DNA of 64,000 nucleotides from Candidatus Latescibacterota bacterium. Its GTDB lineage: Bacteria; Krumholzibacteriota; Krumholzibacteriia; Krumholzibacteriales; Krumholzibacteriaceae. Positions within the stretch are counted from its first letter, which is position 1; the number at the start of each line of letters is the position of its first letter. Under the pieces are notes generated by a model. It had not been told where the DNA came from. It made no database searches and saw only the letters and a list, made by a program, of their open reading frames with translations. The translations under genes and the position numbers were made by a program. Positions 10,401 through 18,217 of the stretch are shown piece after piece. Where the stretch lies: the NCBI GenBank assembly GCA_019038625.1, contig JAHOYU010000078.1, forward strand, positions 1,687-65,686, written 5' to 3'.

Positions 10401-10465
10401 ACGAGCAGCTGTATTCTGTTTTTGATTCACTGGATATGGCAATAACAGAACAAATTGGAGATTAA
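7406..10465 (+). CDS. hdrA: Double-length HdrA (two FAD modules, BamE-like architecture)
   Basis: 1019 aa; LDKTFPTNDCSMC, two GxGxxG, two QCVGSR, CHCGINI, EAHVKLRP, C-terminal ferredoxin. Confidence 0.93.
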   Translation: MGTKRKSALVVGAGIAGIQAALDLADMGVKVHLIEDTPTIGGRMPQLDKTFPTNDCSMCILSPKMSECSRHPNITIHILSSLDSISGVPGNFTCTITERAKYVDPVKCVACGLCEEKCPVKISDDFDTGLRNRKAISRYFLQSIPAEYTIDAEKCLYLTKGVCRLCEKVCTAGAIKYDDTDKAIELKVGAVIMAAGIDPFDPIGFGHFGYKRYDNVVTSLEFERMLSASGPLGGHVVRASDGKEPKRLAFIQCVGSRDEGIKKNYCSSACCMFAIKQSIIAREHIKDLDATIFYMDIRAFGKDFDKYYDKAENQYNVKFTRSKVADILENDDGTLRLRHTLENGEIHYEEFDMVVLSIGLQAREANKVLSKDLDFKLNEFGFCRSDRFKPLQTTREGIFVCGAMNGPKDIPESVVSASGAVANAVRFLKLERQELPSGEDAIQEKDVSGDRPRVGVFVCHCGINIAGVVDVKNVAEYASTLENVEHSEDVIYACSPDGLETIKKRIEEQGLNRVVVAACTPRTHEPLFRETINEKGLNPYLFEMANIRDQCSWPHMDQPELATTKSRDLVEMGVAKARGLTPLKRLPIGIDPKALVVGGGLAGMTAALSLADAGQQVYLVEKEAELGGNMRNIFFNFGDDPQVFLKKLIKQVKRHKKIDVFTGSRIDNIAGYIGNFKTTVNGSNGGGSSTVDHGVVIVATGGEEHETEEYMSGKSTRIVSQVEFERMLKENDFPVGRLNKVVMIQCVGSREEGRMYCSRVCCTKAVKNALELKKLKAKADIYFAYRDMRTYGFREKYYTDLRDEGAVFLRYSLEQKPVVKLIDPEEPDSRAIVTVVDPILEKEVVIEADLLVLAKAIDAPKENEELAKMLKVPLNGEGMFLEAHVKLRPVDFATEGVFVCGLAHGPKDMDESLAQARAAASRALTFLNRKEILAEGTICQVQESRCSGCAYCESICAYSAIEVDPEKQIAIVNEALCKGCGACAASCRCGALDLRGFTNEQLYSVFDSLDMAITEQIGD

Positions 10466-10885
10466 ATGAGTGAATGGGAGCCAAAGATTCTTGCAGTCCT
10501 GTGTAACTGGTGTTCATACGCCGGGGCTGATCTCGCGGGTGTTTCGAGGATGCAATATCCGCCGAACATCCGTGTAGTGAGAGTGCCCTGTTCGGGCAGG
10601 GTCGATCCTCTCTTTATCCTCAAGGGTCTGCAGAGCGGGTACGATGGGGTCCTGGTTTCGGGATGTCATCCTGGAGATTGTCATTATATTTCGGGCAACT
10701 ATGTCGCGCGAAGACGTTTCGCGGTTCTCAAGCCTCTTCTCGAGTTCGTCGGAATAGAGCCGGACAGGGTCCAGTTCTCCTGGATATCTGCCGGTGAGGG
10801 AGAGCGTTTCGCGGAAGTAGTCAGCAAGGTCACAGAGGATATAAAGAAGATCGGTCCCGCGAAGAGACTGGTCAAGGGAGCATGA
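10466..10885 (+). CDS. flxD: FlxD/MvhD-family protein, copy 3
   Basis: CNWCSYAGADLAG, PCSGRVDP, GCHPGDCHY; directly precedes flxCBA. Confidence 0.88.
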   Translation: MSEWEPKILAVLCNWCSYAGADLAGVSRMQYPPNIRVVRVPCSGRVDPLFILKGLQSGYDGVLVSGCHPGDCHYISGNYVARRRFAVLKPLLEFVGIEPDRVQFSWISAGEGERFAEVVSKVTEDIKKIGPAKRLVKGA

Positions 10886-11850
10886 CAGTGAAAGAATTGA
10901 GGGAGACTGTAAAAAGCCTTCTGACCGAGGGAAAAGTCGATCTGGTGATAGGATGGGAAAAAGGCACGATGCCCGGGGCATCGACTCCCGTATTCATCGA
11001 TACCGCAGAGAAGGCAGACAGCCTGATCTTCGACTCGACCTGCAGGAACAACCTCTCCGTCTATTTCACAAAAGACAGGAGAGAGCTGGCGAAGGACGAC
11101 AAGAAGATAGGTGTCGTAGTAAAAGGTTGTGATTCCAGGTCCCTCGTTCTGAATATAACTGAAAAACAGATCGATCGGGAAAAGGTGACCATAATCGGCG
11201 TTCCATGCAACGGTGTGCTCGACATGAAGAAGGTCACCGGCAAGGTGGACGGAAAAGAGATCCTCGAATTCACGGACGATGGCGAAAGGGTGACGGTGAA
11301 GGGACGGGAATTCGAGCAGACATTTCCGCTGGACGAAGTCATCAGTGATTCATGTGTAACCTGTGTGCGTCGTGATGCCGTGGAACACGACCTTTTCATT
11401 GGCGAAGCCCGCGAACCCGGGAGCGACGAGAATGCCTACGTTGAGGTGGAGGAGTTCGAGAAGCTGGATTCAGGGGAGAGATGGGCACGGATGGAGCAGG
11501 AATATTCGGCCTGTATACGTTGCTACGCGTGTAGAAACGTCTGCCCGTCCTGTTATTGCAACGTCTGCTTTGTCGACCAGAACGACCCTCAGTGGATAGG
11601 CAAATCGCCCGAGATAACCGATACGATGATATTTCACATTATCAGGAATCTTCACGTAGCCGGCAGGTGTGTGGAATGTGGAGCCTGTGAAAGAGCCTGT
11701 CCGATGGACATAAAACTGCTTCTTCTTAACAGGAAGGTGGCCAAGGAAGTCAGGGACAGATTCGGTAGCGTTACGGGAACAGGATTAGAAAACAAACCGG
11801 CCATGGCCGATTTCAAGGAAGATGAGAACCAGGATTTCATAATGGGGTAG
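10882..11850 (+). CDS. flxC: FlxC Fe-S subunit
   Basis: KGCDSRS, CIRCYACRNVCPSCYC, HVAGRCVECGACERACP. Confidence 0.85.
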   Translation: MTVKELRETVKSLLTEGKVDLVIGWEKGTMPGASTPVFIDTAEKADSLIFDSTCRNNLSVYFTKDRRELAKDDKKIGVVVKGCDSRSLVLNITEKQIDREKVTIIGVPCNGVLDMKKVTGKVDGKEILEFTDDGERVTVKGREFEQTFPLDEVISDSCVTCVRRDAVEHDLFIGEAREPGSDENAYVEVEEFEKLDSGERWARMEQEYSACIRCYACRNVCPSCYCNVCFVDQNDPQWIGKSPEITDTMIFHIIRNLHVAGRCVECGACERACPMDIKLLLLNRKVAKEVRDRFGSVTGTGLENKPAMADFKEDENQDFIMG

Positions 11851-11855
11851 GGAGA

Positions 11856-12890
11856 ATGATCAGAATAGAAAAGGAAAGGATCGATGAATTCATCCGGACT
11901 CTCATGGAGACCCGGGCTGTGTATGCTCCTGCCCTGGATGGAAAGAACACCATGTTCGCGCCTGTAGAGGATCCGGCAGGAATCGATCACAACATCTTCA
12001 ATACGGACAAATCGCCGAAGGAGATATTCTTCCCGCATTCGGAAGTGCTCTTTGAATATGAAGGTGAAGAGATAAAGAAAGTTGAAAGAGATGTCAGGCC
12101 GATAGTGGTTTGGGGGCTGAGGGGTTGTGACGCGAGGAGCCTGAGACTTCTCGACAAGGTCTTCGGCAGCGCGTGGCAGAAGCCGGGCAATGACATGTTC
12201 GAGGATCCCTACTGGAAGGAAAAATACGACGATGCCATCATCTTTGGCACTGCCTGTAACGAACCCCGCTCAACATGTTTCTGCAACTGGTTTGGGTCCG
12301 GGCCTCACGACGATGCGGGCATGGATGTGAAGGTCGTAGATACGGAAGAAGCTTTTATCCTCGATCCGGTGAGTGAAAAGGGAAAGAAGTTTATCGGGTC
12401 CCTCAAAGGATGGGCGGAAGCGACCAAAAAAGATCTTGCTACGATAAAGGCAGTCAGAGAAAAGGCGGAGGGTTTGATGGGAGAGGCCTTTGGCATGGAA
12501 GGCATAGCGGAAAAGATGGCGGATCTTTTCTTCAAACCTGTCTGGGACGATATTGGAGCGAAATGCGTCAATTGCGGCGCCTGTGCCTTTATCTGCTCCA
12601 CCTGTCATTGTTTCGATGTGCAGGATGAGGGGAAGAAGGGTAAAAAAGGAAAAAGGATACGGATCTGGGACACATGCATGTTCCCCCTCTTTACAAAGGA
12701 GGCGTCCGGACATAATCCGAGAGATATGTCGAAGGATCGCCTCAGGCAGAGGTTCATGCACAAGTTCAGTTATTTTATAAGCAATTATGATGAGCATCTC
12801 TGCACTGGTTGCGGGAGATGTGTGTCGGTCTGTCCAGTCAACCTCGATATCAGGGATGTCGTGAGAGCAGTCATGACCTCAGAAGCGTAA
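11856..12890 (+). CDS. flxB: FlxB (AsrA-like) Fe-S subunit
   Basis: RGCDARS, CVNCGACAFICSTCHCF, RQRFMHKF, CTGCGRCVSVCP. Confidence 0.85.
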   Translation: MIRIEKERIDEFIRTLMETRAVYAPALDGKNTMFAPVEDPAGIDHNIFNTDKSPKEIFFPHSEVLFEYEGEEIKKVERDVRPIVVWGLRGCDARSLRLLDKVFGSAWQKPGNDMFEDPYWKEKYDDAIIFGTACNEPRSTCFCNWFGSGPHDDAGMDVKVVDTEEAFILDPVSEKGKKFIGSLKGWAEATKKDLATIKAVREKAEGLMGEAFGMEGIAEKMADLFFKPVWDDIGAKCVNCGACAFICSTCHCFDVQDEGKKGKKGKRIRIWDTCMFPLFTKEASGHNPRDMSKDRLRQRFMHKFSYFISNYDEHLCTGCGRCVSVCPVNLDIRDVVRAVMTSEA

Positions 12891-12900
12891 GGAAGTCCAG

Positions 12901-13734
12901 ATGAGCAATACATATATCCCCATCCAGATGAAAGTGGAGCGGATAGAGATCGAAGATCCCGACAAGGCATTGCGTACGTTTGACCTCGTTTTTGTGAATG
13001 AGGAAGATAAAAAGAATTTCGAATATATGCCGGGGCAGTTTTGTGAATGGTCGCTGCTCGGACTGGGCGAATCGCCGTTCGGAATAGCGTCGTCACCGAC
13101 TGAGACCGATTTTCTGCGGTTTACCGTGAGCAGGACGGGTTCTGTGACGAACGAGATTCATTACCTGCGGGAAGGCGACACTATAGGTATCCGTGGCCCG
13201 ATGGGGAACTGGTATCCGGTTGAGAAATTTAAAGGTGGGAATGTAGTCATCATCGGTGGAGGCTTCGCATTTACTACCCTCAGGTCCCTGATAGTCTACA
13301 TGCTTGAACATCGTGAAGACTATGGGGATATAACGGTGATCTACGGAGCGAGGGCACCGGAGCTTTTCATTTACAAAGATGAGATCTCAGAGTGGCAGAA
13401 ACGCGATGACATCGATATTCAGCTCACGATAGACAATCCGGCGGATGGATGGGATGGCAGGACCGGCTTTGTTCCCGCGGTGACAAAAGAGATCGCTCCC
13501 TCGACGGAGAACACCTGGGTCGTCGTCTGTGGCCCCCCGATCATGATCAAGTTTACCCTGCCTGTCCTCAGCGAGCTGAAGTTTGCTGACGACCGGATCT
13601 ATACATCGCTCGAGAGAAGAATGAAATGCGGGATCGGTAAATGCGGAAGATGCAATATCGGCTCGAAATATATATGTATCGACGGCCCGGTTTTTTCGCT
13701 GGCCGAACTGAAGAAAATACCAGAAGCGTTTTAA
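12901..13734 (+). CDS. flxA: FlxA FAD/NAD(P)-binding [2Fe-2S] subunit (AsrB/PyrK family)
   Basis: PGQF, RGPMGN, VCGPPIM, MKCGIGKCGRC..CIDGPVF. Confidence 0.9.
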   Translation: MSNTYIPIQMKVERIEIEDPDKALRTFDLVFVNEEDKKNFEYMPGQFCEWSLLGLGESPFGIASSPTETDFLRFTVSRTGSVTNEIHYLREGDTIGIRGPMGNWYPVEKFKGGNVVIIGGGFAFTTLRSLIVYMLEHREDYGDITVIYGARAPELFIYKDEISEWQKRDDIDIQLTIDNPADGWDGRTGFVPAVTKEIAPSTENTWVVVCGPPIMIKFTLPVLSELKFADDRIYTSLERRMKCGIGKCGRCNIGSKYICIDGPVFSLAELKKIPEAF

Positions 13735-13749
13735 AAGGAGAATGACCGG

Positions 13750-14220
13750 ATGGAAAAGATCATACTCAGCGAGAAGGATCCCAACTTCAAGAACGAGATC
13801 GCGTCCCAGCCGGGAGCTGAGAGTTTCATGCGCTGCTTCACATGTGGCACATGCACAGCATCCTGTCCCGTAGCCGAAGTACACGACGAATATGATCCGA
13901 GACGGATCATCAGGATGGCCGTCTTGGGGATGCGCGAAGAGGTACTCTCGTCTGATATCCTCTGGATGTGTTCGAGATGTTACACCTGCGCGGCTCTTTG
14001 CCCCCAGAATGTCAAGTTCACCGATGTGATCAGCATTTTGAGAGATATGGCGGTCAAGCAGGGATACGCGTCCAAGGAAAGGCTGGAACAGGCCAGGGAT
14101 CTGGACAGGATGATTCAGACGATACGATGCAGAGTGATCGACAATAAGCTGCATCCTGATAAGAAAAATGTAGAAGAGATTAAGTTGATGGTAGATGAAG
14201 AGCTGAATAACAAGTGGTAA
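13750..14220 (+). CDS. hdrC: Heterodisulfide reductase subunit C-like
   Basis: CFTCGTCTASCP, YDPRRIIR, WMCSRCYTCAALCP. Confidence 0.88.
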   Translation: MEKIILSEKDPNFKNEIASQPGAESFMRCFTCGTCTASCPVAEVHDEYDPRRIIRMAVLGMREEVLSSDILWMCSRCYTCAALCPQNVKFTDVISILRDMAVKQGYASKERLEQARDLDRMIQTIRCRVIDNKLHPDKKNVEEIKLMVDEELNNKW

Positions 14221-14272
14221 TGGTCCGTCTGGCTGCGGACGTCTTCAGGGAGACCCTGTAAGAGGAGAGCTC

Positions 14273-15397
14273 ATGAAACCTGAAAAAATATGGTCATTTG
14301 ACGATCTCAGGGAAGAAGTAGTCCTGGCAGATCTTTGTGGAAAGTGTGGAGGATGCGTGTCGTTCTGCTCCGCGAACAGGATCGGGGCGCTCGTGATGGA
14401 TGATAAAGGATACCCGGATTACAAGGACAAGGATCTCTGCCTCCAGTGCGGGATGTGCTACATGGTCTGTCCCCAGACTCATCCGATGAAGGAAGAAGTC
14501 GACGAAGCGTACAACTGGAAAGAGCCGATCGGGCACTTCATGGATGTCTTTTCGGCCAGGAGCACAGACTTGGGGATACGGAAAGTTGCTACAGACGGAG
14601 GCGTAGTTACCGCGCTTCTGGCAAATATGCTGGACAAGGGACATATCGATGGGGCTGTCGTATCTCTCGGGAAGTCCCTGTTGAAAAGAGAAGTAAAAGT
14701 AGCGACGACAAGAGAAGAACTTATAGAGGCCGCCGGGTCACATTTTTCAGAGTTGCCTCATCTGGAAGAGATGGGCGAAGGATATTCGACTTTTGTGCCA
14801 GTCGTGAAATACATACAGGAACTTGGGGCTGTAAAGACTGTCAGGGTCGCAGTTGTGGGGACCCCTTGTCAGATAGGCGCAATCCGAAAAATGCAGATTC
14901 TCAATGTAGTGCCGGCTGACATCGTGACCTTTGCCGTCGGCCTGTTCTGCATGCAGTGCTTCGAGATGGAACATCTCCTGGACAAGGACTTCATCCGGCA
15001 GTACGGGATAACGGCCGACGATATAGCCAGGGTGAATATCAAGGAAGATTTCATGCTTACCATGAAGTCTGGAGTGACTGTGCATATACCGCTGAAAGAG
15101 ATCGAGGAGATCGTCAGGCCCGCCTGTCTCTCCTGCGAACTTTTCTCTAACGATTATGCCGACATTTCGGTTGGCGGCCTTGGTTCGACGGACGGATATA
15201 CCACGGTGATGGTCCGTACGGTGAAGGGCAAGGAAATGATGGCCGATGCCATTTATGGTGGAGCAATAGAGCGGAAGGTCAGGAAATATCCTGAAGACAA
15301 CGAGATCGAGAAAAAGCGTACTATTTCCCTCGTGAAGGAATTCACAGGATTGAAAAAATCACGGGGGCTGGAATATAGAATGAAAAACAGGAGTTGA
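14273..15397 (+). CDS. FrhB/FdhB-family FAD protein with N-terminal 2[4Fe-4S]
   Basis: CGKCGGCVSFC, DGGVVTALL, VGTPCQI, GLFC, CLSC..ADISVG. Confidence 0.85.
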   Translation: MKPEKIWSFDDLREEVVLADLCGKCGGCVSFCSANRIGALVMDDKGYPDYKDKDLCLQCGMCYMVCPQTHPMKEEVDEAYNWKEPIGHFMDVFSARSTDLGIRKVATDGGVVTALLANMLDKGHIDGAVVSLGKSLLKREVKVATTREELIEAAGSHFSELPHLEEMGEGYSTFVPVVKYIQELGAVKTVRVAVVGTPCQIGAIRKMQILNVVPADIVTFAVGLFCMQCFEMEHLLDKDFIRQYGITADDIARVNIKEDFMLTMKSGVTVHIPLKEIEEIVRPACLSCELFSNDYADISVGGLGSTDGYTTVMVRTVKGKEMMADAIYGGAIERKVRKYPEDNEIEKKRTISLVKEFTGLKKSRGLEYRMKNRS

Positions 15398-15433
15398 AGG
15401 ACAACTCGAAAAAAGATCGGACAGGAAAACGGT

Positions 15434-16312
15434 GTGATGATCAAAAAAACGAAAAAAACGAAATCGGGATCCGTTCTGGTAGTTGGTGGAGGTATCGCGG
15501 GTATCCAGTCGTCGCTTGATCTCGCGGAGTCTGGATTCAAGGTGCATCTCCTTGAAGAAACGCCGGCGATCGGTGGAACGATGGCGCAGCTGGACAAGAC
15601 ATTTCCCACGAATGATTGTGCCATGTGTGTCATTTCACCGAAACTTGTCGGGGCCGGGCGCCATTTGAATATTGAGCTTACTACAAACTCGGAAATAATG
15701 GGTGTGAGTGGTGAGGCTGGAAATTTCAAGGTAAAGATCAAAAAGAAACCAAGGTATATCGACGCGGATAAATGTACGGGCTGTGGAGCCTGCACGCTGA
15801 ATTGTCCGGTGATCAACGTAATATACCCTGTTGAGAAACCGTATGTAAAACTGAGTATTGAAGTCATGCGAAAAGTCAGGCCTATCCTGGATGAATATCA
15901 TGGTAAAAAAGGCAACCTCATGCCGATCCTGCAGCAGATAAATCATACATTCAATTATCTGCCGCCCGATGTGTTGAGCTATATTTCCATAGAACTGGAT
16001 ATAAGATTGTCGGAGATCTATAATATCGCTTCATTTTATAATTCTTTCAGTCTCACGCCGCGCGGGCGACACATCATAAAAATATGTATGGGAACTACCT
16101 GCTACGTTAAGGGTGGAGAAAGACTGTTCAATAAGGTGAGAGACGAGTACGGAATCGAAAATGGGGAAACAACGAAGGATATGAGATTTACCATAGAGTC
16201 TGTCGCGTGTCTTGGTTGCTGCGGTCTCGCGCCGGCAATTATGGTCGATGATGAGGTATACGGAAAAGTAAAAGTAAGCAGTATAATGAAAATCCTTGAA
16301 AAGTATAAATGA
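15434..16312 (+). CDS. Fusion of HdrA N-terminal fragment and NuoE/HydC [2Fe-2S] domain
   Basis: GGGIAG, LDKTFPTNDCAMC and CTGCGACTLNCPV are followed by ASFYNSF, CMGTTCYVKG and CLGCCGLAP. Confidence 0.88.
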   Translation: MMIKKTKKTKSGSVLVVGGGIAGIQSSLDLAESGFKVHLLEETPAIGGTMAQLDKTFPTNDCAMCVISPKLVGAGRHLNIELTTNSEIMGVSGEAGNFKVKIKKKPRYIDADKCTGCGACTLNCPVINVIYPVEKPYVKLSIEVMRKVRPILDEYHGKKGNLMPILQQINHTFNYLPPDVLSYISIELDIRLSEIYNIASFYNSFSLTPRGRHIIKICMGTTCYVKGGERLFNKVRDEYGIENGETTKDMRFTIESVACLGCCGLAPAIMVDDEVYGKVKVSSIMKILEKYK

Positions 16313-16361
16313 GAATAATTTGACCGTATCATGAATACATTGAATCAGCAGAAGGAAAATA

Positions 16362-18215
16362 ATGGCTAAAATTTCAAATATTAAAGCCTTTGAAAAGTTG
16401 AAAAAGAAACTTGAAGAGGGAATAGATCTCAACAGAAAATCCATCTGTGTCTGTGGAGGATCTGCCTGTATCGCTACCGGAAGCCTCGGGTTGATCGACT
16501 TGTTTGAAAAAGAACTTAAAAAGCATGGAATAGACGATGAAGTCGATATCCTGGTCACCGGATGTCACGGGTTCTGCGAGAAAGGGCCTTTAGTCGTTAT
16601 CCGTCCGGAAGGCATATTCTATCCCCTGGTAAAAAAAGAGAATGTGCCGGACATCGTCACAGAATCGGTCATTGAGGGAAAGCCGATCGAATCTCTTCTA
16701 TACACGGATCCGATGACTGACGAGAAGATTGTTTTTGAACATGATGTTCCATTTTATAAAAAGCAGAAGCGACTTGTTCTCGGGAACAATGGATTGATCG
16801 ATCCGATGGTCATCACAGATTATATCCGCGTGGGTGGTTACAAGGCTTTAGCCACAGCCCTGGATTCGATGACTTCTGATAAGGTGATCGAGACGATCAT
16901 TGAATCCGGACTGAAAGGCCGCGGTGGTGGAGGCTTTCCGACAGGCGTGAAATGGAAGCTTTGCAAAAATGCCAAAGGAAAGACCAAGAATATAGTCTGT
17001 AATGCAGACGAAGGGGACCCCGGGGCATACATGGACAGGTCTATCCTGGAGGGCAATCCTCATTCTGTCATCGAGGGGATGCTCATAGGCGGCTTTGCTA
17101 TTACCGCATCCACAGGATATATATATGTCCGCACAGAGTATCCACTTGCGATACAGCGACTGAAACAGGCTATCAAGCAGGCAAAGGCGCTCGGGTTCAT
17201 CGGGAAAAACATTCTCGGCACAAAGTTTTCATTCGATATAGAGATAAGGGAAGGTTCCGGGGCCTTTGTATGTGGCGAAGAGACCTCTCTGATGCATTCG
17301 ATCGAGGGATTATCTCCGGAACCAAGCCAGAGGCCTCCGTTTCCGACTGAATCGGGGCTTTGGGGAAATCCTACGAACATCAACAATGTGGAGACCTGGG
17401 CTGTCGTTCCTCTGATTATAAACGAGGGAAGCAAATTCTTTTCCAGCATTGGAACGGAGAACAGCAAGGGGACCAAGATATTTTCTCTTGTAGGGAAAAT
17501 CAATAATTCGGGACTGGTAGAGGTGCCCATGGGGATATCGATGGGAGAGATCATCAATGGTATCGGGGGCGGCATACCTGACGGAAAGGCTTTTAAGGCG
17601 GTCCAGACCGGGGGCCCCTCTGGAGGGTGTATCCCCGCCGCATTGATGGACATTCCTGTCGATTACGAAAAGCTTGCTGAAGTAGGATCGATAATGGGCT
17701 CTGGCGGTATGGTCGTAATGGACGAAGATACATGTGTCGTCGATATCGCGAAGTATTTCCTTTCTTTCACGAATGACGAATCGTGTGGCAAGTGTACTTC
17801 CTGCAGGGATGGCAGCAGGATGATGCTGAATATCCTCACGCGGATATCGGAAGGACAGGGCAAACCTGAGGATATCGATCTGCTTCTTGAGCTTGGTGAA
17901 GCGATCAAGGATGCCTCTCAGTGCGGGCTTGGACAGACCCTGTCAAATCCTGTGCTCTCTACGATAAGGTATTTCAGGGATGAGTATAATGCTCATATTG
18001 TGGACAAGAGATGCCCCGCGCATGTCTGTAAGGAACTTGTCAATTACAGCATAGATCCTGAAGCGTGTATCGGGTGTGGAGTCTGTCTTAAGAACTGTTC
18101 TGTCGGAGCAATCACCGGCAAGATCAAAGAAGCACATTTAATCGATCCTGATGAATGCACAAAATGTGGTGTGTGCAGGGAAGTCTGCAAATTCAATGCG
18201 GTCATTGTGGAGTAA
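16362..18215 (+). CDS. nuoF: NuoF/HydB-type FMN/NADH-binding subunit with extra Fe-S domains
   Basis: GCHGFCEKGP, GRGGGGFPTG, NADEGDPGAYMDR, FVCGEET, GGPSGG, ESCGKCTSCR, C-terminal 2[4Fe-4S]. Confidence 0.93.
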   Translation: MAKISNIKAFEKLKKKLEEGIDLNRKSICVCGGSACIATGSLGLIDLFEKELKKHGIDDEVDILVTGCHGFCEKGPLVVIRPEGIFYPLVKKENVPDIVTESVIEGKPIESLLYTDPMTDEKIVFEHDVPFYKKQKRLVLGNNGLIDPMVITDYIRVGGYKALATALDSMTSDKVIETIIESGLKGRGGGGFPTGVKWKLCKNAKGKTKNIVCNADEGDPGAYMDRSILEGNPHSVIEGMLIGGFAITASTGYIYVRTEYPLAIQRLKQAIKQAKALGFIGKNILGTKFSFDIEIREGSGAFVCGEETSLMHSIEGLSPEPSQRPPFPTESGLWGNPTNINNVETWAVVPLIINEGSKFFSSIGTENSKGTKIFSLVGKINNSGLVEVPMGISMGEIINGIGGGIPDGKAFKAVQTGGPSGGCIPAALMDIPVDYEKLAEVGSIMGSGGMVVMDEDTCVVDIAKYFLSFTNDESCGKCTSCRDGSRMMLNILTRISEGQGKPEDIDLLLELGEAIKDASQCGLGQTLSNPVLSTIRYFRDEYNAHIVDKRCPAHVCKELVNYSIDPEACIGCGVCLKNCSVGAITGKIKEAHLIDPDECTKCGVCREVCKFNAVIVE

Positions 18216-18217
18216 AT

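Noticed and set aside
15434..16312. hdrA pseudogene caused by insertion
   Set aside because: Both HdrA parts are in-frame fusions with intact motifs and together cover the whole protein
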